DNA of 63,721 bases, filler included, from Octopus bimaculoides (GCF_001194135.2; 4 parts of 4 records of this genome joined end to end with filler, not necessarily neighbours in it); one strand, 5' to 3'. Shown: positions 38,495 to 51,753, numbered from the whole stretch's first letter. Notes: a model not told the origin generated them from the letters alone. Translations and numbers: made by a program.

Positions 38495-40130
38495 TTATTG
38501 TCTTTTAAACTTTTCACCACACAGAATTGTTGAGATTTTCACGGATGCATAGTACAGGTGGCCGAGATCTGTAATATCAACATCATTAGCTGAAATTATA
38601 TCTTTAAGTGCAAGGCAAATTTTACCAATTATTTTCAGGCTTTGGTTAGAGTTGTGAAATTTTGGGAGAGTGTCATGTTCATTCATTGCAGTTTCTTTAA
38701 TTTTCAGCCATTCAATCATGATTTGATTGTTTAGATAAACTAGTTCAGTTGGTTCAAATTCTGTGTGACTTTCTTCATTTGTTTGATTTTCATTTGCCTT
38801 GATGTTTATGGTTGGTTCAGAGAATATTTCACTTTGCTTATCAGTTACATTGACTCTTTTTATCATTACTGTATTTTCATCAGACTTGGGTCGGTCTATA
38901 ATTATTTCCTCTGTAGTATCTTCTTTAGCTGCAACTTCGTTCCCTTCATCCCTTACTGATTGTTTAATTTGGTCAATCTTTAATTCAGTTAGTAATTTCA
39001 TTATCATCATGTTTCTTCTGACATTGGCAAGTTTGTTACTGTCTATGTAGGATCTTACTTCAAAGTGCTTCTGTTTCCAGTTTAGGTAGGTTTGTTCAGT
39101 ATTATATTTATTTGTGGGGAAATGCTTGGCATGATAGAAGCCCTTAAGAACTTCTTTATTATTTCCCCTAGACCATTTTCCATTCTTTCTGTCTTGGTTA
39201 TTTGATGATGAGTGTGAATGGCCATCTGTTGGAATATTCCAGTTGTGGGGTACTTCCAGATCCTGTATTTTGGGAAGATTTGAACAAGTAGCTGATTTTT
39301 TGTACCCAGTCTGGTTCCTCACTGGGGTATACAGCCCTTGTTGAACTGGGTGAAAGCCGATCTGGTTTGTATTTTGCTTTGTTATCATTGAGGCATGATG
39401 AGCTTGGATGTTGACATTAGGGAATGGATCTGTCTGTTTAAGGTTAATTTTTTGAGCTAACACTACATCTGAGCTCTCTGAATGCTCATTGCTCATAACG
39501 TAGCTTCTTAAGGCTAACAGATCTGTATTCATCTGTATTTTTTTTTTTTTTTGTTGATAGATTTATCTCTGAGCATAGTTTTTTGTGTTGTTTTTAAACT
39601 TATGAATTGTTCACTCTGTGTTAGTTTGGAAAAATTTTTAAAATTGTTTTGTTATTCTTTTTGCTTCGTTTGTGACATGTGCTTTCATATGCATGTATGT
39701 GTGTCCTGTAAATTTCATGTAGTTGTGTGAACATTGGGATGTATGTGTAGTCCTATGGGTATTAAAAAATATATATGATTGTGTAGACATTCGAATGTAT
39801 GCATAAGTAATCAATTTACGTACTTACTGCTTTGTTTCTCTTATATTTAATAATTTGTAAACTTTCCGATGATGATTTCGCATGTATCTTTCACACATGT
39901 TTCACTGAGACATAGTGTATGGGAGAAACTCTGTTTTGTATGGCAGTAAAATTTCGTTTTTGTGATTATTTCCATTAAAAGGCCGCTTCCTTCAAGTCTT
40001 CCACAGGTTCCTTTATCCCATTCCACCGATATTATTAGATTAGATTGGTTTTTGAATGGAGAGCCTGGTGTAGCATATCCATGTTATTATCCAGCGCGGA
40101 GCCTTCCTGTTATTCAGCAAGGAGTCTTCT
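38495..40130 (-). mobile_element. 5' part of an R4/Dong-like element, including a 345-aa open N-terminal ORF (38495-39532)
   Basis: KWSRGNNKEVLKGFY...WKQKH...KLANVRRN...ELKIDQIK resembles the N-terminal domain of R4-clade ORFs. No RT is retained. Confidence 0.6.
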
Positions 40131-40183
<53 letters not shown>

Positions 40184-40189
<6 letters not shown>

Positions 40190-42225
40190 TATTTTGTTGA
40201 AACTGCTGAAATCTTGCATGTATAGTGGGCTTGCTGCTTGCAGCCTATAACACCATGCTATCTGTTCTTTTCAACTATTTAATATTTTTGTGATTATTCT
40301 GGCCATGGGAAAGAAGCAAACCTCTTGTAACATTTCTACCGTTCACTCTATTCTGATTTCTTTATTCTCTTCTTGATGCCTTCTGTATTATTATCATTAT
40401 TATTATTATTCAGTAGTCTTTTTTATCATGTGCTTTCACTGCACTACCGAGCGTAGCTCTTTGTGATGCTCTTATTTTTACTGTATTGAAAGTGTTTTAT
40501 GTAGGATGTGCATGGTACCTAGTAGTGCTATTTTCTGCATGTTATATATACTTGTTAGTCCTGGTGTTTTTGTTATATATTTATGTATTTATTATTATTT
40601 TCTCTTTAAGCACAGGTTTTGTTGGAGCTCCTGGAGTCATGTATGCATAGCAGGCTTACTATCTGCAGCCTACAGTACCATGCTATTCGTTCTTTTCAGC
40701 TATCTAATACTTCCCTGATTATTCTGGCCATTCCAAGGAAGCAAACCTTTTGTAACAGTTCTACTAGTCACTCTATTCCAATTTCCTTTATATTCCTCTT
40801 GATACCTTTCAATACTGTTCCCAAGGACCCAACAATAATTGACACTATCTTCCCCTTTTTCATTTTCCATAGCTGGGCTATTTCGTACTTAAGAGGGTTG
40901 TATCTATCTATCTTTTCGCCTTCCTTCTTGACTATTCATGGGTCAAAGAGGCATGCAACGTCAACCATACAGCATATGTGGTCACCTTGTCCACCACCAC
41001 TAAGTCCAGTCAGTTATGTTCTAGCACTTGATCTGTTTGATCTGTTTGGATTGGGAAATCCCAGAGGATTTTGCTAGTCTCCGACTCTGCCACTCTCTGT
41101 GGTTTGTGCTCATACTACATCTTGCCTCTCTCTAGCCGCCACTTTTCACAGTTTCCAATGTATCACTTTTGCTACCTGGTCATGTTGCCACGACCTATAG
41201 TGGTTTTGGGCAAGTCTAGGGTATTCGTTCATGATATGGGCAATAGTTTCATCCACTCTATTGCAGATGCAGCACAGCGGAGACACTTGGTCATTCCTCA
41301 GTCTGACCTTCCAGTTTGTGGCCATAGCTTGGCCCTGCACTGCCAGTATAGTGTTTTTGGTCTCTTTTTTTAGGGTTCCTTTCATCAGCCAATCCCACCT
41401 ATTTTTTCCAGTAACTTCAGTTGTGGCTACATGAAATTGATTGTGTAGCCCCTTCTTGCATAATTCTTCTTTGTTTCCTTTTTGTACTTCTTCCTTTATT
41501 TTCCGTTTTTTCTCTGCTCTCAATATCCCCTCATTCCTAACTGTCACTAGCAAGGTTTCCTTTCTTTGGGCTAGGTATCTCATTAAGCTCTCGAGTTTGG
41601 TTATTATTATTTTTTTTACTTTTAATCTACATGTTTGTTACAATCACTTGCTGAGACACACCCAGCATCCTGGGGAAGGTGAAGCATAAGAGATGTTACA
41701 ATATGACTGAAAGTTTGGTGAGGGAATGGCAAGGGCAATACCAAAATATCTTCATGTAATACAACACAGACATTTAAATGGATAGGGTTTTACTAAGAAT
41801 GTGGGCAGTACTTGTCAGCACAAACTTGTGATTTCTCTGAGACATGGTTCTCCTGGGATGTTATTTAGATGTTTCTGACATCCCTTTTTTATCATACCTT
41901 GAGCACCCACAATAACAGGAACAGTTCTTGCTTTAAGATGCCACATCTTTTGTATTTCAATTTCCAGGTGCTTACATTTACTTAATTTGTCAAATTCCTA
42001 TACTTTTATCAGTGGTATTTTCTTCCTTGTCTTTAATAATTATATCTGGTCAATTAGCTTGGATCGTTCTGTCAGTGTTGACTGGAAAATCTCCAGGGGC
42101 TAGTGACATTTTTACCTTCAATGACTGGCTCAGGATGATGTTCATACCAGTAAGCAGGAGTGCTGCTTTTGTAGTGTTTACACATTTCACAATGTAAATA
42201 CAGTCCTACCCTATCATGGCAATAT
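40184..42225 (-). mobile_element. Four stacked 3' fragments of R4/Dong-like RLE retrotransposons
   Basis: WLMKGTLKKET...CCIC...DETIAHI...HDQVAKVIHWKL (CCHC), KILWDFPIQTD and DFPVNTDRTIQAN-PDIIIKDK (RLE). Fragments are separated by TAA tracts. Confidence 0.8.
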
Positions 42226-42226
42226 T

Positions 42227-42303
<77 letters not shown>

Positions 42304-42325
42304 TATTATCATCATTATTATTATT
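42226..42325. repeat. (ATC)n/(ATT)n microsatellite forming the 3' splice-site region of exon C
   Basis: Seen directly. Confidence 0.95.
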
Positions 42326-42327
42326 AG

Positions 42328-42498
42328 GTTTGGGACTTTGAAACAATGGATACAGCTGATTCTGTTGATGAGTCTGGGATGTTCATAATGGAGCCCATGA
42401 ATGAATTAAAAGTTGGTGCTCAACAAAATGTACAGCTTTATTATATGAGAAGGCAAGAAGAAAATGAAGAACAAGACACAATGTTATGGTATGCTCAG
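42328..42498 (+). CDS. CFAP44: CFAP44 exon C, VWDFETMDTADSVDESGMFIMEPMNELKVG...LWYAQ
   Basis: ttag acceptor after an (ATC/ATT)n tract, CAG|GT donor, 171 bp, phase 0/0. WDFET-DTAD and EP-NEL motifs. Confidence 0.9.
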
Positions 42499-43443
42499 GT
42501 TTGTTGCTGTTTTCCATTTCCATTTATGTTATTTATCCAGTGTGACAAGTTAAATTAACCCTTAACATCAAGTTCTGTATACCACAGCATTTGGTGCCTA
42601 TACTCAACAGGTTTACAAAGGTTAATAATAACTGGTTTCTAGAATTTGTACAGTAAACGTCAATGCAAAATAAAATATTTAGAACTGTGAGCTAACAAAA
42701 AATCATGCTGTTTCACTGAGTCTCTCTCTCTGCTGGAAGATAGTGGATAGATTAGTAAGCAGAGTGGTTGAGAAATATGTTGGTTGGTAGAGTACTTAAC
42801 AGTTCAGCAAAAGAGTTGATAGAATAAGTACTAGGCTTACAAAAATAAGTCATGGGGTTGATCTCTTCAACTGAAAAACCTTTTAAGGTTGTGCTCCAAC
42901 ATAGCCTCAATCAAATGAGTGAATGTATAAATGAATAAACAATTATATATATATATATATATATNNNNNNNNNNNNNNNNNNNNNNNNNNNNNNNNNNNN
43001 NNNNNNNNNNNNNNNNNNNNNNNNNNNNNNNNNNNNNNNNNNNNNNNNNNNNNNNNNNNNNNNNNNNNNNNNNNNNNNNNNNNNNNNNNNNNNNNNNNNN
43101 NNNNNNNNNNNNNNNNNNNNNNNNNNNNNNNNNNNNNNNNNNNNNNNNNNNNNNNNNNNNNNNNNNNNNNNNNNNNNNNNNNNNNNNNNNNNNNNNNNNN
43201 NNNNNNNNNNNNNNNNNNNNNNNNNNNNNNNNNNNNNNNNNNNNNNNNNNNNNNNNNNNNNNNNNNNNNNNNNNNNNNNNNNNNNNNNNNNNNNNNNNNN
43301 NNNNNNNNNNNNNNNNNNNNNNNNNNNNNNNNNNNNNNNNNNNNNNNNNNNNNNNNNNNNNNNNNNNNNNNNNNNNNNNNNNNNNNNNNNNNNNNNNNNN
43401 NNNNNNNNNNNNNNNNNNNNNNNNNNATACATATATCACCTTC

Positions 43444-46400
43444 ATCATCATCATCACCATCATCATTTAATGTCCGCCTTCCATGCTAGCATGAGTTGGT
43501 CAGTTTGACTGAGGACTGGCAAACCAGTTGGGTGGCACTAGCATCGACCATGCTCAAATTATGCTTTTTATGTGCCACCAGCACTGGCATTAGCAATGCT
43601 AGAATGGTGTTTTTTATGTGCCACCAGCACAGGTGCCAGTCAGGTGGCACTGGCATTGGCCATGACAACAATTTCACTTGACTCAACAGGTCATCTCAAG
43701 CACAACATATTGCCCAATGATTGATGGGTACTTTCAAACAGGCTGGTTATGCAACACTGACATCAGCCACGGCTATGATCTCACTTGGCTTTCCAGGTCT
43801 TCTCAAGCCCAGCATATCTCCAAAGGTCTTGGCTGCTTGTCATCGCCTCTGTGAGGCCTAATGTTCACCACCACATCCGAGGTCTTCTTGGGTCTACCTC
43901 TTCCACAGATTCCCTCCACTGTTAGGGTGTGACACTTTTTCACATCCATATGAAACACCATATCTGATGCTTCTTATATCCAACATTTCTCTCAGGGCAC
44001 TTACACTCTGTTGTGTATGCACCCTGACATTACACATTCAGCAGAGCATACTAGCTTCATTTTTTTCAAGCCTACGCATGTCCTCAGCAGTCATGGCCCA
44101 TGTTTCACTGCCATGTAGCATGGCTGTTTGCACACATGCATCATACAATTTACTTTTCACTGTTACCAACAGAGGTAGGAGCTCTCTGAACTTTGCCTAG
44201 GAAGTTCTTATTCTAGCAGCTACACTCTCAAGAGTATCCACCCTCACTACTAACTTGGTCACCTAGATAACAGAAGCTATCAACTACTTCTAGTTTTTTC
44301 CTCTGGCATGTGATGAAATCTATTTTCTGTACATCTTCAGTGTTTATTGCCCCTGTGCATCTGGCACACACAAAATCTATCTTCCAAGTTAGCCTTCCTT
44401 TGATATTGCTGCACCTCTTATGTGTCTATAGCTTACACCAGGTACATCTTATGGAGTTTCTACCTATACCTTTTCTACAGATCAAGCAGGATCATCTACC
44501 TGAAGGTATGTGTGATTTGTCTGCCTTCCTACTTTCTGAGATTTTGTTTTTTGCTAGATTGGCTCAAAGGCCCTTCAATTCTAAACCTTGCTTCAACACC
44601 TGAAACTTTTCCTCTAGTTCTGATAATGATTTAGCTATAAGAACAAGGTTATCAGCATAGAGGAACTCTCAAGGGCAGCCTGTCTTGAATTCCGCTGTTA
44701 TTGCCTGGAGAAATAAGAGGGGGCTGAGAACTGATCTTTGGTGAGCCTCTATTTCTACCCGGAGTTCTTCACTATACTCATTGCCAGCACTTACCTTACT
44801 ACAGCATCCCTGTACATGGATTAGACAGTTCTCACCAACCACTCATCTATCCCTAGTTTCTGCATTGACCACCAGATAAGGGATCGGAGGATCCTCTCAA
44901 AGGTTTTTTCCATGTCAACAAAAGCCAAGTACAGAGGTTTATCTTTGGCTAGGAATTTCTCCTGCAACTGTCTTACCAGAAATATAGCATCAGTGGTGCT
45001 TCTCCCTGGTACCAAACCAAACTGTATCTTGTCTAAACTAACTCTCTTCCTAATTAGTTGGGCTATGACTCTCTCTGTGACTTTCATCACCTGATCCAAC
45101 AATTTGATATCTCTGCAATTATTCCTATCTAATGCGTCACCTTTACCTTTGTAGGAGTTTAGCACACCAGTCATTGGGTATGACTCCTTCATGCATCACC
45201 TGGTTAACTATACGGGTGACTAGACTATAGCCTACACTGCCAGATATTTTAAGCATCTCTGCAGTGATTCCTGATGGGCTGGGGGCTTTCCCTGTCTTCA
45301 TACCTTTAATTGCTTTATCTACCAAGGTACTGTCAATTTAAGTAGCTGGTAGCAGACTCTCTTTCTCCCATTCATTCTCTTCATTCAGCAACCCTTCATA
45401 GTGATGTCTCCAAGCTTCTCTCTTTGCAGCATCATTAAATGCAAGTGAACCATCATCCATGCAGATGCATTTCTCTCCTATGACATCATGATTCTCTCTC
45501 ACACACTGTCTCTGGTCCACACGACACAGAACATTGGCAAATTTTTTTCTTATCTTCTTCCTTTCTGGCTAAGTAAACCTGTCTTCTAGCTTGCCTTCTG
45601 GTGATCTGATAGAGTTCCCTGCTACCACTGCACTTCCAGTCTTTCCATGCCTGTTTCTTTTCCTTAATGGCCCTGTCAGCTACATTATTCCACCACCACA
45701 TTACCTTAGGTCAAGAGGGAACTTTGCTCCAGTCACAGATCTGGTCAGTAGCCCTCAACAGGTTGTCCCGTAGGAACCTCCGGTTGTCCACCACATTATG
45801 TGATGCTATATACTCCTCTTTTTCATCAAAATCTTCAAGTAATATATTTCTAAATCTCTGTCCATTCAGAGGATCCTTAAGCTTCCAGACCCTTCTTTTT
45901 CATGTTGGTCATCTTCTGGGCAGCCATTTAACCTTGATCCTGAAGTCACTAACTACTAACCTATGTTGTGGTGTGTTTTCTTCACCTGGGAAAGTTTTGG
46001 CATTTATAAGTAGCCATCTTTCCTGTTTCCAGACAAGAATGTAATCAATTTGACTAGTGTGCCCACTAGACTGGTAGGTGAACAGATGACTGGCAGGTTT
46101 CCTGAAGTTAGTATTACAGAACCTAAGATCATTCATATCACAGAACTCCAGCAGCCTGGTCTCCTCCTCATTGTGGGAACCAAATCCGTAGCTACCATGT
46201 ACACCATAGAAGCTCCCTGGATGTTGTCCAACATACCTGTTGAAGTCATCAGCCACAAAGAGAAAGTCCCTGTCATTCGTCAATGAGGTGGTCTGCAAGA
46301 GAGTGTCATGAAATAGGTCTGTCTGTTCATCAGGTAGCCCTTGCTGAGGGGCATAAGCCAAGGTAATGGTTACTAATTCATGTTGCAGTGCTAGTTTAAG

Positions 46401-47100
46401 CTTAAGTATTCTATCACAGACTACAGACTCTGACTACCTCATTTACCTTATCAACCCATTTCTCTGCAAGGAGTATACCCACTCCCCCAACCCAGTCAGT
46501 GTTCCCTAGCCAGAAAATCTTATACCTATGTTCTTTGCCTGTGAGGAACCCTACAGAACTTCCTCTCCACCTTACTTCTTGAATACATCACAAATCTACA
46601 CATCTCTGTTCAAGCATCTCAACAGTCTCACCAGACCTACCTTTCAATGTGCCAACACTAAGTATGCCATCTCTGAGGGTATGGAAGGTGTGGGCTGGTG
46701 AGACCCTGGGATGGGGGAGAGCAGCATTATGCATCTGAAAAGAAAGCTTGCATTTGGCAGATCTTGTAAACATACAATAACCTTCAACCTGCATACACTA
46801 CACCATCATTTTATTCACTACATAATCACTACTCAACAGGAGAGAGACACTAGGTAAGGATGGAGGAGGAAGGGAGAGGGGGAAGCGTTCTGTATTGTAA
46901 GCTGTTAGAGATGATCAGGAGAAAGACATCTGGTAGAGGTCAGGGGATAAAGACTTCTGGTATAGGTGGTAGGGGTGAATGGTAAAACACCGTATCTGCC
47001 CTATTCCTTAGCAGAAGCCAATGTGGCATAGCCACAGACAAAGCAAACTACTAATCAACAGTCAACATAGGAAAAGCATGTGGTTAACGAAACTGAGAGG
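43444..47100 (-). mobile_element. Near full-length decayed RTE LINE
   Basis: ILSVGTLKGRSG, AYAPQQG, SQIDYIL, DIKLLDQVMK, AFVDMEK, FLYADNLVL, PHD-like finger, 3' UTR and GAT tail. The 5' boundary is approximate. Confidence 0.9.
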
Positions 47101-47432
47101 GAGATTTTCTACAATTAGGGCTGGTCAAAAACAAAACATGAAAAGATGGAATTTTTTAGATTTAGAACAAGAGTAAACAAAATTGAACAATTGGATTTCT
47201 TAACTTTGCTATAGCATACTGCTAAATGAATAACAATAATAATAATTATAAAGTGTACTATAGAGGGAAATAGAATTGAACATTTGCATTCTTAACGTTA
47301 ACTATAAGAATGCAATGTTCAATTCTTTTTTACTCTCTATATATGGCACACTTATATAAATAGAAAGTGTGTGCATGTACATGTGTGTATATAGAAAGGT
47401 AGAGAGATTAAAAGGTAGGTAGGTAGAATGAC

Positions 47433-47488
<56 letters not shown>

Positions 47489-47599
47489 GTGGAAATGGTG
47501 GAGGAGGAGGAGGAGGAGGAGGAGGAGGCCTGTATACTGGAGCAGTTGATAGAAACTAGTTTGTCATGTCTCCATTGAAAGATATTTTTGAGGTCTCTC

Positions 47600-47817
47600 T
47601 ATTGATTTCAAATTTTAGCACAAGGTCAACCAGTTCATGGGAGAAAGTAAATCAATTACATGGATCCCAGTACTCAACTTGTACTTATTTCATCAACTCT
47701 GAAAGGATAGAAGGCTAAATCAACCTTGGTGGAATTTGAACTCAGAATGGAAAGACACACAAAATGTCACCATGCATTTTGCCCGGTGTGCTGACAAATC
47801 TTTGTCAGCTCAACACC
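47600..47817 (-). mobile_element. SINE family 2 copy
   Basis: Aligns with 61134-61328. Confidence 0.7.
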
Positions 47818-47934
47818 TTAAGGTCTCTGTATATTGAAATAGTACATCTCTGACAACAGATATCTCAATCACATGCACTTAATGCTTATATGTAGGGAAG
47901 GCTTTCTAGGAGTGAAACTAAATACCTTCTCAAA

Positions 47935-48250
47935 GGAGGTTGTGAAGATGATTTGTGACTGTTGCTTCCCAACCACATGGTTCCAGGTTCAGTCCCACTG
48001 CATGGCCTCTGGGGCAGGTATCTTCTACTATAGCCTTGAACCAACCAAAGCCTTGTGGGTGGATTTGGTAGACAGAAATTGAAAGAAACTTGTCATACAT
48101 GTGTGTATACTCTTGTGTCTGTGTTTGTCTTCCATGACTGCTTGGCAACAGGTGTTGGTGTGTTTACATCCCCATAACTTAGCATTTCAGCAAAAGAGAC
48201 TGATAGAATAAGTACCAGCCTAATGACTGAAACAAATAAAAGATAAAAGA
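47935..48250 (+). mobile_element. SINE family 1 copy, CpG-decayed
   Basis: Aligns with 58954-59603. Confidence 0.75.
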
Positions 48251-48383
48251 CAAATCTTAATGGGCACCAGATTTGGTAAAATTTAGATTTGCATTAGATT
48301 TCTGTTGTCTCATACTGCAATGAGACACTGTCACATATTTCCCAGTCTGCTATCTTTCAGTGGTTCTATATTTTTATTTTCAG

Positions 48384-48531
48384 GATGCTAATGGAGGCAT
48401 TTGGGAGTTAGATCTTACCTTTTCTCACACATCTCGGGCACCAAAAAAACTGTTTTCCTTTCATGCTGGATCTATAAAAGCTATAGACTGTTCTCCAGTA
48501 GCTAACCTGTTGGCTACAACTGGTGTGGACC
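48384..48531 (+). CDS. CFAP44: CFAP44 exon D, DANGGIWELDLTFSHTSRAPKKLFSFHAGSIKAIDCSPVANLLATTGVD
   Basis: ttttcag acceptor, GTGAGT donor, 148 bp, phase 0/1. DANG-IW-LDL and LFSFH-G motifs. Confidence 0.92.
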
Positions 48532-49693
48532 GTGAGTAACCTTCAGTTTTCATTCATACTCCAAAACTAACAAAAAACAAACAAATATGATATAACCTAT
48601 CAGTAGTTAAGTAGAGATGTATTATTATATGACAGATTTAAAATGAAAATTTTTATCACAACCATCAGAGCATGAAGCACTTAGTTCATGAGATGGTTGT
48701 GATCTGTAAACAGTTTTGAAATAGAAACTGGAAAAAGAAGAATGAACAGGCAATGTGCATATGCACACTTGATTTGTAAAATGGAAGAGAAGAATAAAAA
48801 TGCAATGTCAAACAAGTTATATGATGGTCTGCATGTCATGTCTAACACCACTATCATGCAGCTTTGCAGCAATTTTCTTGTTAGGAATAATTTTCTTTCT
48901 GATTGTTAATAGATCAGTTATAGGTTTGTATGTGGTGAACTTGTTTCTTTTCTTTCACTGCTTAGGACTTTATATAATCAACTTTTCTCTAGTGAATTTA
49001 GCATTCTACAAAAGTTACTTATGGAAAGTATTCTTGTTAGCATTGATAGGTGTGTCACTAGAATTAGCAGATATGTCACAATATTTGGTCTGTATGTCTC
49101 TTGAAGTGGTTGGCATGTGTCACTAGAATTAGTAGGCATGCATCATTAGAATTGATAGTAGTAACACCACAATTGTTGAATAGCTGTGTTGAGTCATTCC
49201 ATCCATTGAACATAGAGTTCTGCATTGACCGTTTGGTTCCGTTCAAGCAATTCAGATTTAAAGCGCCTAATTTTTATTGCTTAATGAGATAATTATTATA
49301 AAGATTTATTAAGTGTTAAATGTAGTAATTTAGCCATCATAACTTTGATCACCAGATCTTTCAGACAATATACACTTGTTCAAGAAGACTGAGCAAGCAA
49401 CATCACAAGTAGGATAATATCCTTGGTTAATGGCTTAAGAACAATCTACTTCTGTGGAGTTAATAAAAGGTTTGTTTTGAAAATAATTCAGGAATGTTGT
49501 CAAATAGGACAGATACCTGAAGAAGTTTAAAGAGTACAACAGCCAAAATAAATAGGATGGGAATATAGATTTGAATATGTCAGTGTATAAAATGAACAAA
49601 GGATTTATATCATCCAGGAGATATTCTTTTTACTTTGAAGATAGATCCTTTAATGTTAGCACTCAATATCTAATACTGCTGTCATTTTTGCAG

Positions 49694-49788
49694 ACACTAT
49701 TCGTATCTTTGACATTGACTCAAATAAACAGCTATCTGAGAAGAGGTTTGTTGCTGGAGGGACATGTTTGATTTGGATTTCAGAAAAG
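49694..49788 (+). CDS. CFAP44: CFAP44 exon E, (H)TIRIFDIDSNKQLSEKRFVAGGTCLIWISEK
   Basis: ttttgcag acceptor, AAG|GTAAGG donor, 95 bp, phase 1/0, in frame with D and F. Confidence 0.88.
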
Positions 49789-50489
49789 GTAAGGAATCTT
49801 TGATATAACTGGTTAGAAATATTAGTTCTGTTTTAGTATTTGGAATAAGAAAGTTAGTGCTTGCCACTGGTTGACAGATCAGTGTCCAAGAGGAATCATT
49901 CTTGAACTCTTGCATTATTTCTACCACAAAAAAATTGAATGAAAAAAGGGTAAAAACCCTCTAAGCTGTGTACTTATATAGATACACTTCTTTTGCAGAG
50001 TAGTGAACAACAAAAAAAAAAAAATGTGCACACAGGATTTTTTAGAAGTTTTATCAATGATCGTTGGTATGGAAGTACACATGCTAAACAATGAAAGACA
50101 AAATTTGAACACTTGCAAATTTCTACATGCATATTCACATGCAAATTTCTGCATGCACACATGCACATATATAACATAAACAGAGAAATAAAAGTAGGGG
50201 ACATGATGAGGACAGAGCTCTTGTAGACATTCTTCTGTACTTCTCTCACCATTGTCTCAAAGATATAGCACGTATGGTTCCATGTCATAGTATGGATTCA
50301 AATGCATTTTATCCAGGTTAAATCTATCCTCAATTAATTTTGCAAAAGCTCCCTCGGCTATTTTCAAAAGTTGATCTATCAGTTTGAAACATTTCTAATT
50401 GTCTCACTTCAGTCATTTGCTTTACCTTATATTAGCTGATAATCTTATTGCATTACGGAGGGAGAGCACTAAGCAGTGATAAGTAAATT

Positions 50490-50826
50490 GTAACGTTATT
50501 ACCAGTTTGAATATGCTTGAGGCATGTCAAATCGGTGAACAAGCTACTTACAGCATTTTGTCGCAGAAAATATATCCCATTTGTTGACAAATGGTGTGTA
50601 CACACCTAGATCAGCTCACAGCATCATCTACCCAGACTGTGAAATGCCAGCATTTTGGATTAGTTATCTCTTCTTTTGTCACAGACACTAGTGAGGCAGC
50701 ACTACGATCTAGGTACGTACATACCATTTGTCAACAAACAGAATATATTTCCTGTGACAAAACACAGTGAGTAGCTTGTTCTCCAGTTCAAACATGCCTG
50801 AAGCATATTTGGACTGATAATAACAT
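50490..50826. repeat. Imperfect inverted repeat (arms about 120 bp, spacer about 93 bp), probable foldback/MITE remnant
   Basis: 50490-50612 pairs with 50706-50826. Confidence 0.7.
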
Positions 50827-51121
50827 AAAAATTTTATTGCAATCTCAGTCATTTGAATATAACCTTCCTGCATTACCTGATTTAGAGAATGACCAGCAAG
50901 CCTGATATACCACACCATAAAAATTTCTGATGATTTTGTTCTGCTGTTTCTCCTGATCCTTTTCAAAGCCTTACTAATCATACCGCAGATAACCTCAACA
51001 GCTATTCCTTTTCATTAAATTCATTTGAGGAAGTACTTTATATTTTCATTCAAATTCCTCATGCAATACCTTATTATATCACTTTATTGCATTTTTTATT
51101 TCTTCATTTCTGATGGCTAGC

Positions 51122-51512
51122 TTGTGGTTGTTGTTGGCACTCTGTCGCTTATGATGTTGAGGGTTCCAGTTGATCCCATCAATGGAATAGCCTGCTCGTG
51201 AAATTAACGTGCAAGTGGCTGAGCAATCCACAGACACGTGTGCCCTTAACGTAGTTCTCGGGGATATTCAGCATGACACAGTGTGACAAGGCTGGCCCTT
51301 TGAAATACAGGTAGAACAGAAACAGGAAGAAAGAGTGAGAGAAAGTTGTGGTGGAAGAGTACAGCAGGGTTTGCCACCATCCCCTGCTGGAGCCTCATGG
51401 AGCTTTAGGTGTTTTCGCTCAATAAACACTCACAACGCCCGGTCTGGGAATCGAAACTGCGATCCTATGACCGCGAGTCCGCTGCCCTAACCACTGGGCC
51501 ATTGCACCTCCA
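51122..51512 (-). mobile_element. Full-length young tRNA-derived SINE (family 3) with 12-bp TSD
   Basis: TSD CTGATGGCTAGC at 51110-51121 and 51513-51524. A-box TGGCCCAGTGG, B-box-like GTTTCGATTCC, (ACA)n tail. Confidence 0.85.
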
Positions 51513-51753
51513 CTGATGGCTAGCATACCAGTGATATTTCCAGGGGAACAAACGCTTTATCTAATAGCATTTTGATTCATGCCAACACAGCCACTCGTAT
51601 TACTGTATAGTTTTCAAAAGTTTGTTTCACAACCACTTCTTGGAAAGGTGCTTCTCTTTAGCTCTTGGTTAATCAATGCCTTGCAAGTGGATATGGTACA
51701 CTAAAAATTTTAAAAGATCTTTGTATATGGATGTGTGTGTGTGTCTGTGTGTA

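Noticed and set aside
39980-40012. AACCTGTGGAAGAC (- strand) resembling the 61.6-kb hammerhead core
   Set aside because: No stem II closure or GAAA follows.
42867-43470. Long ORFs across 42965-43427 and 59139-59368
   Set aside because: They consist of translated Ns.
46990-47100. HDV-like ribozyme at the 5' end of the - strand RTE
   Set aside because: A P4-like hairpin and GCTAA are present, but P1/P3/L3 cannot be built.
51440-51512. tRNA gene
   Set aside because: tRNA-like head of a SINE with body, tail and TSD; no complete cloverleaf.
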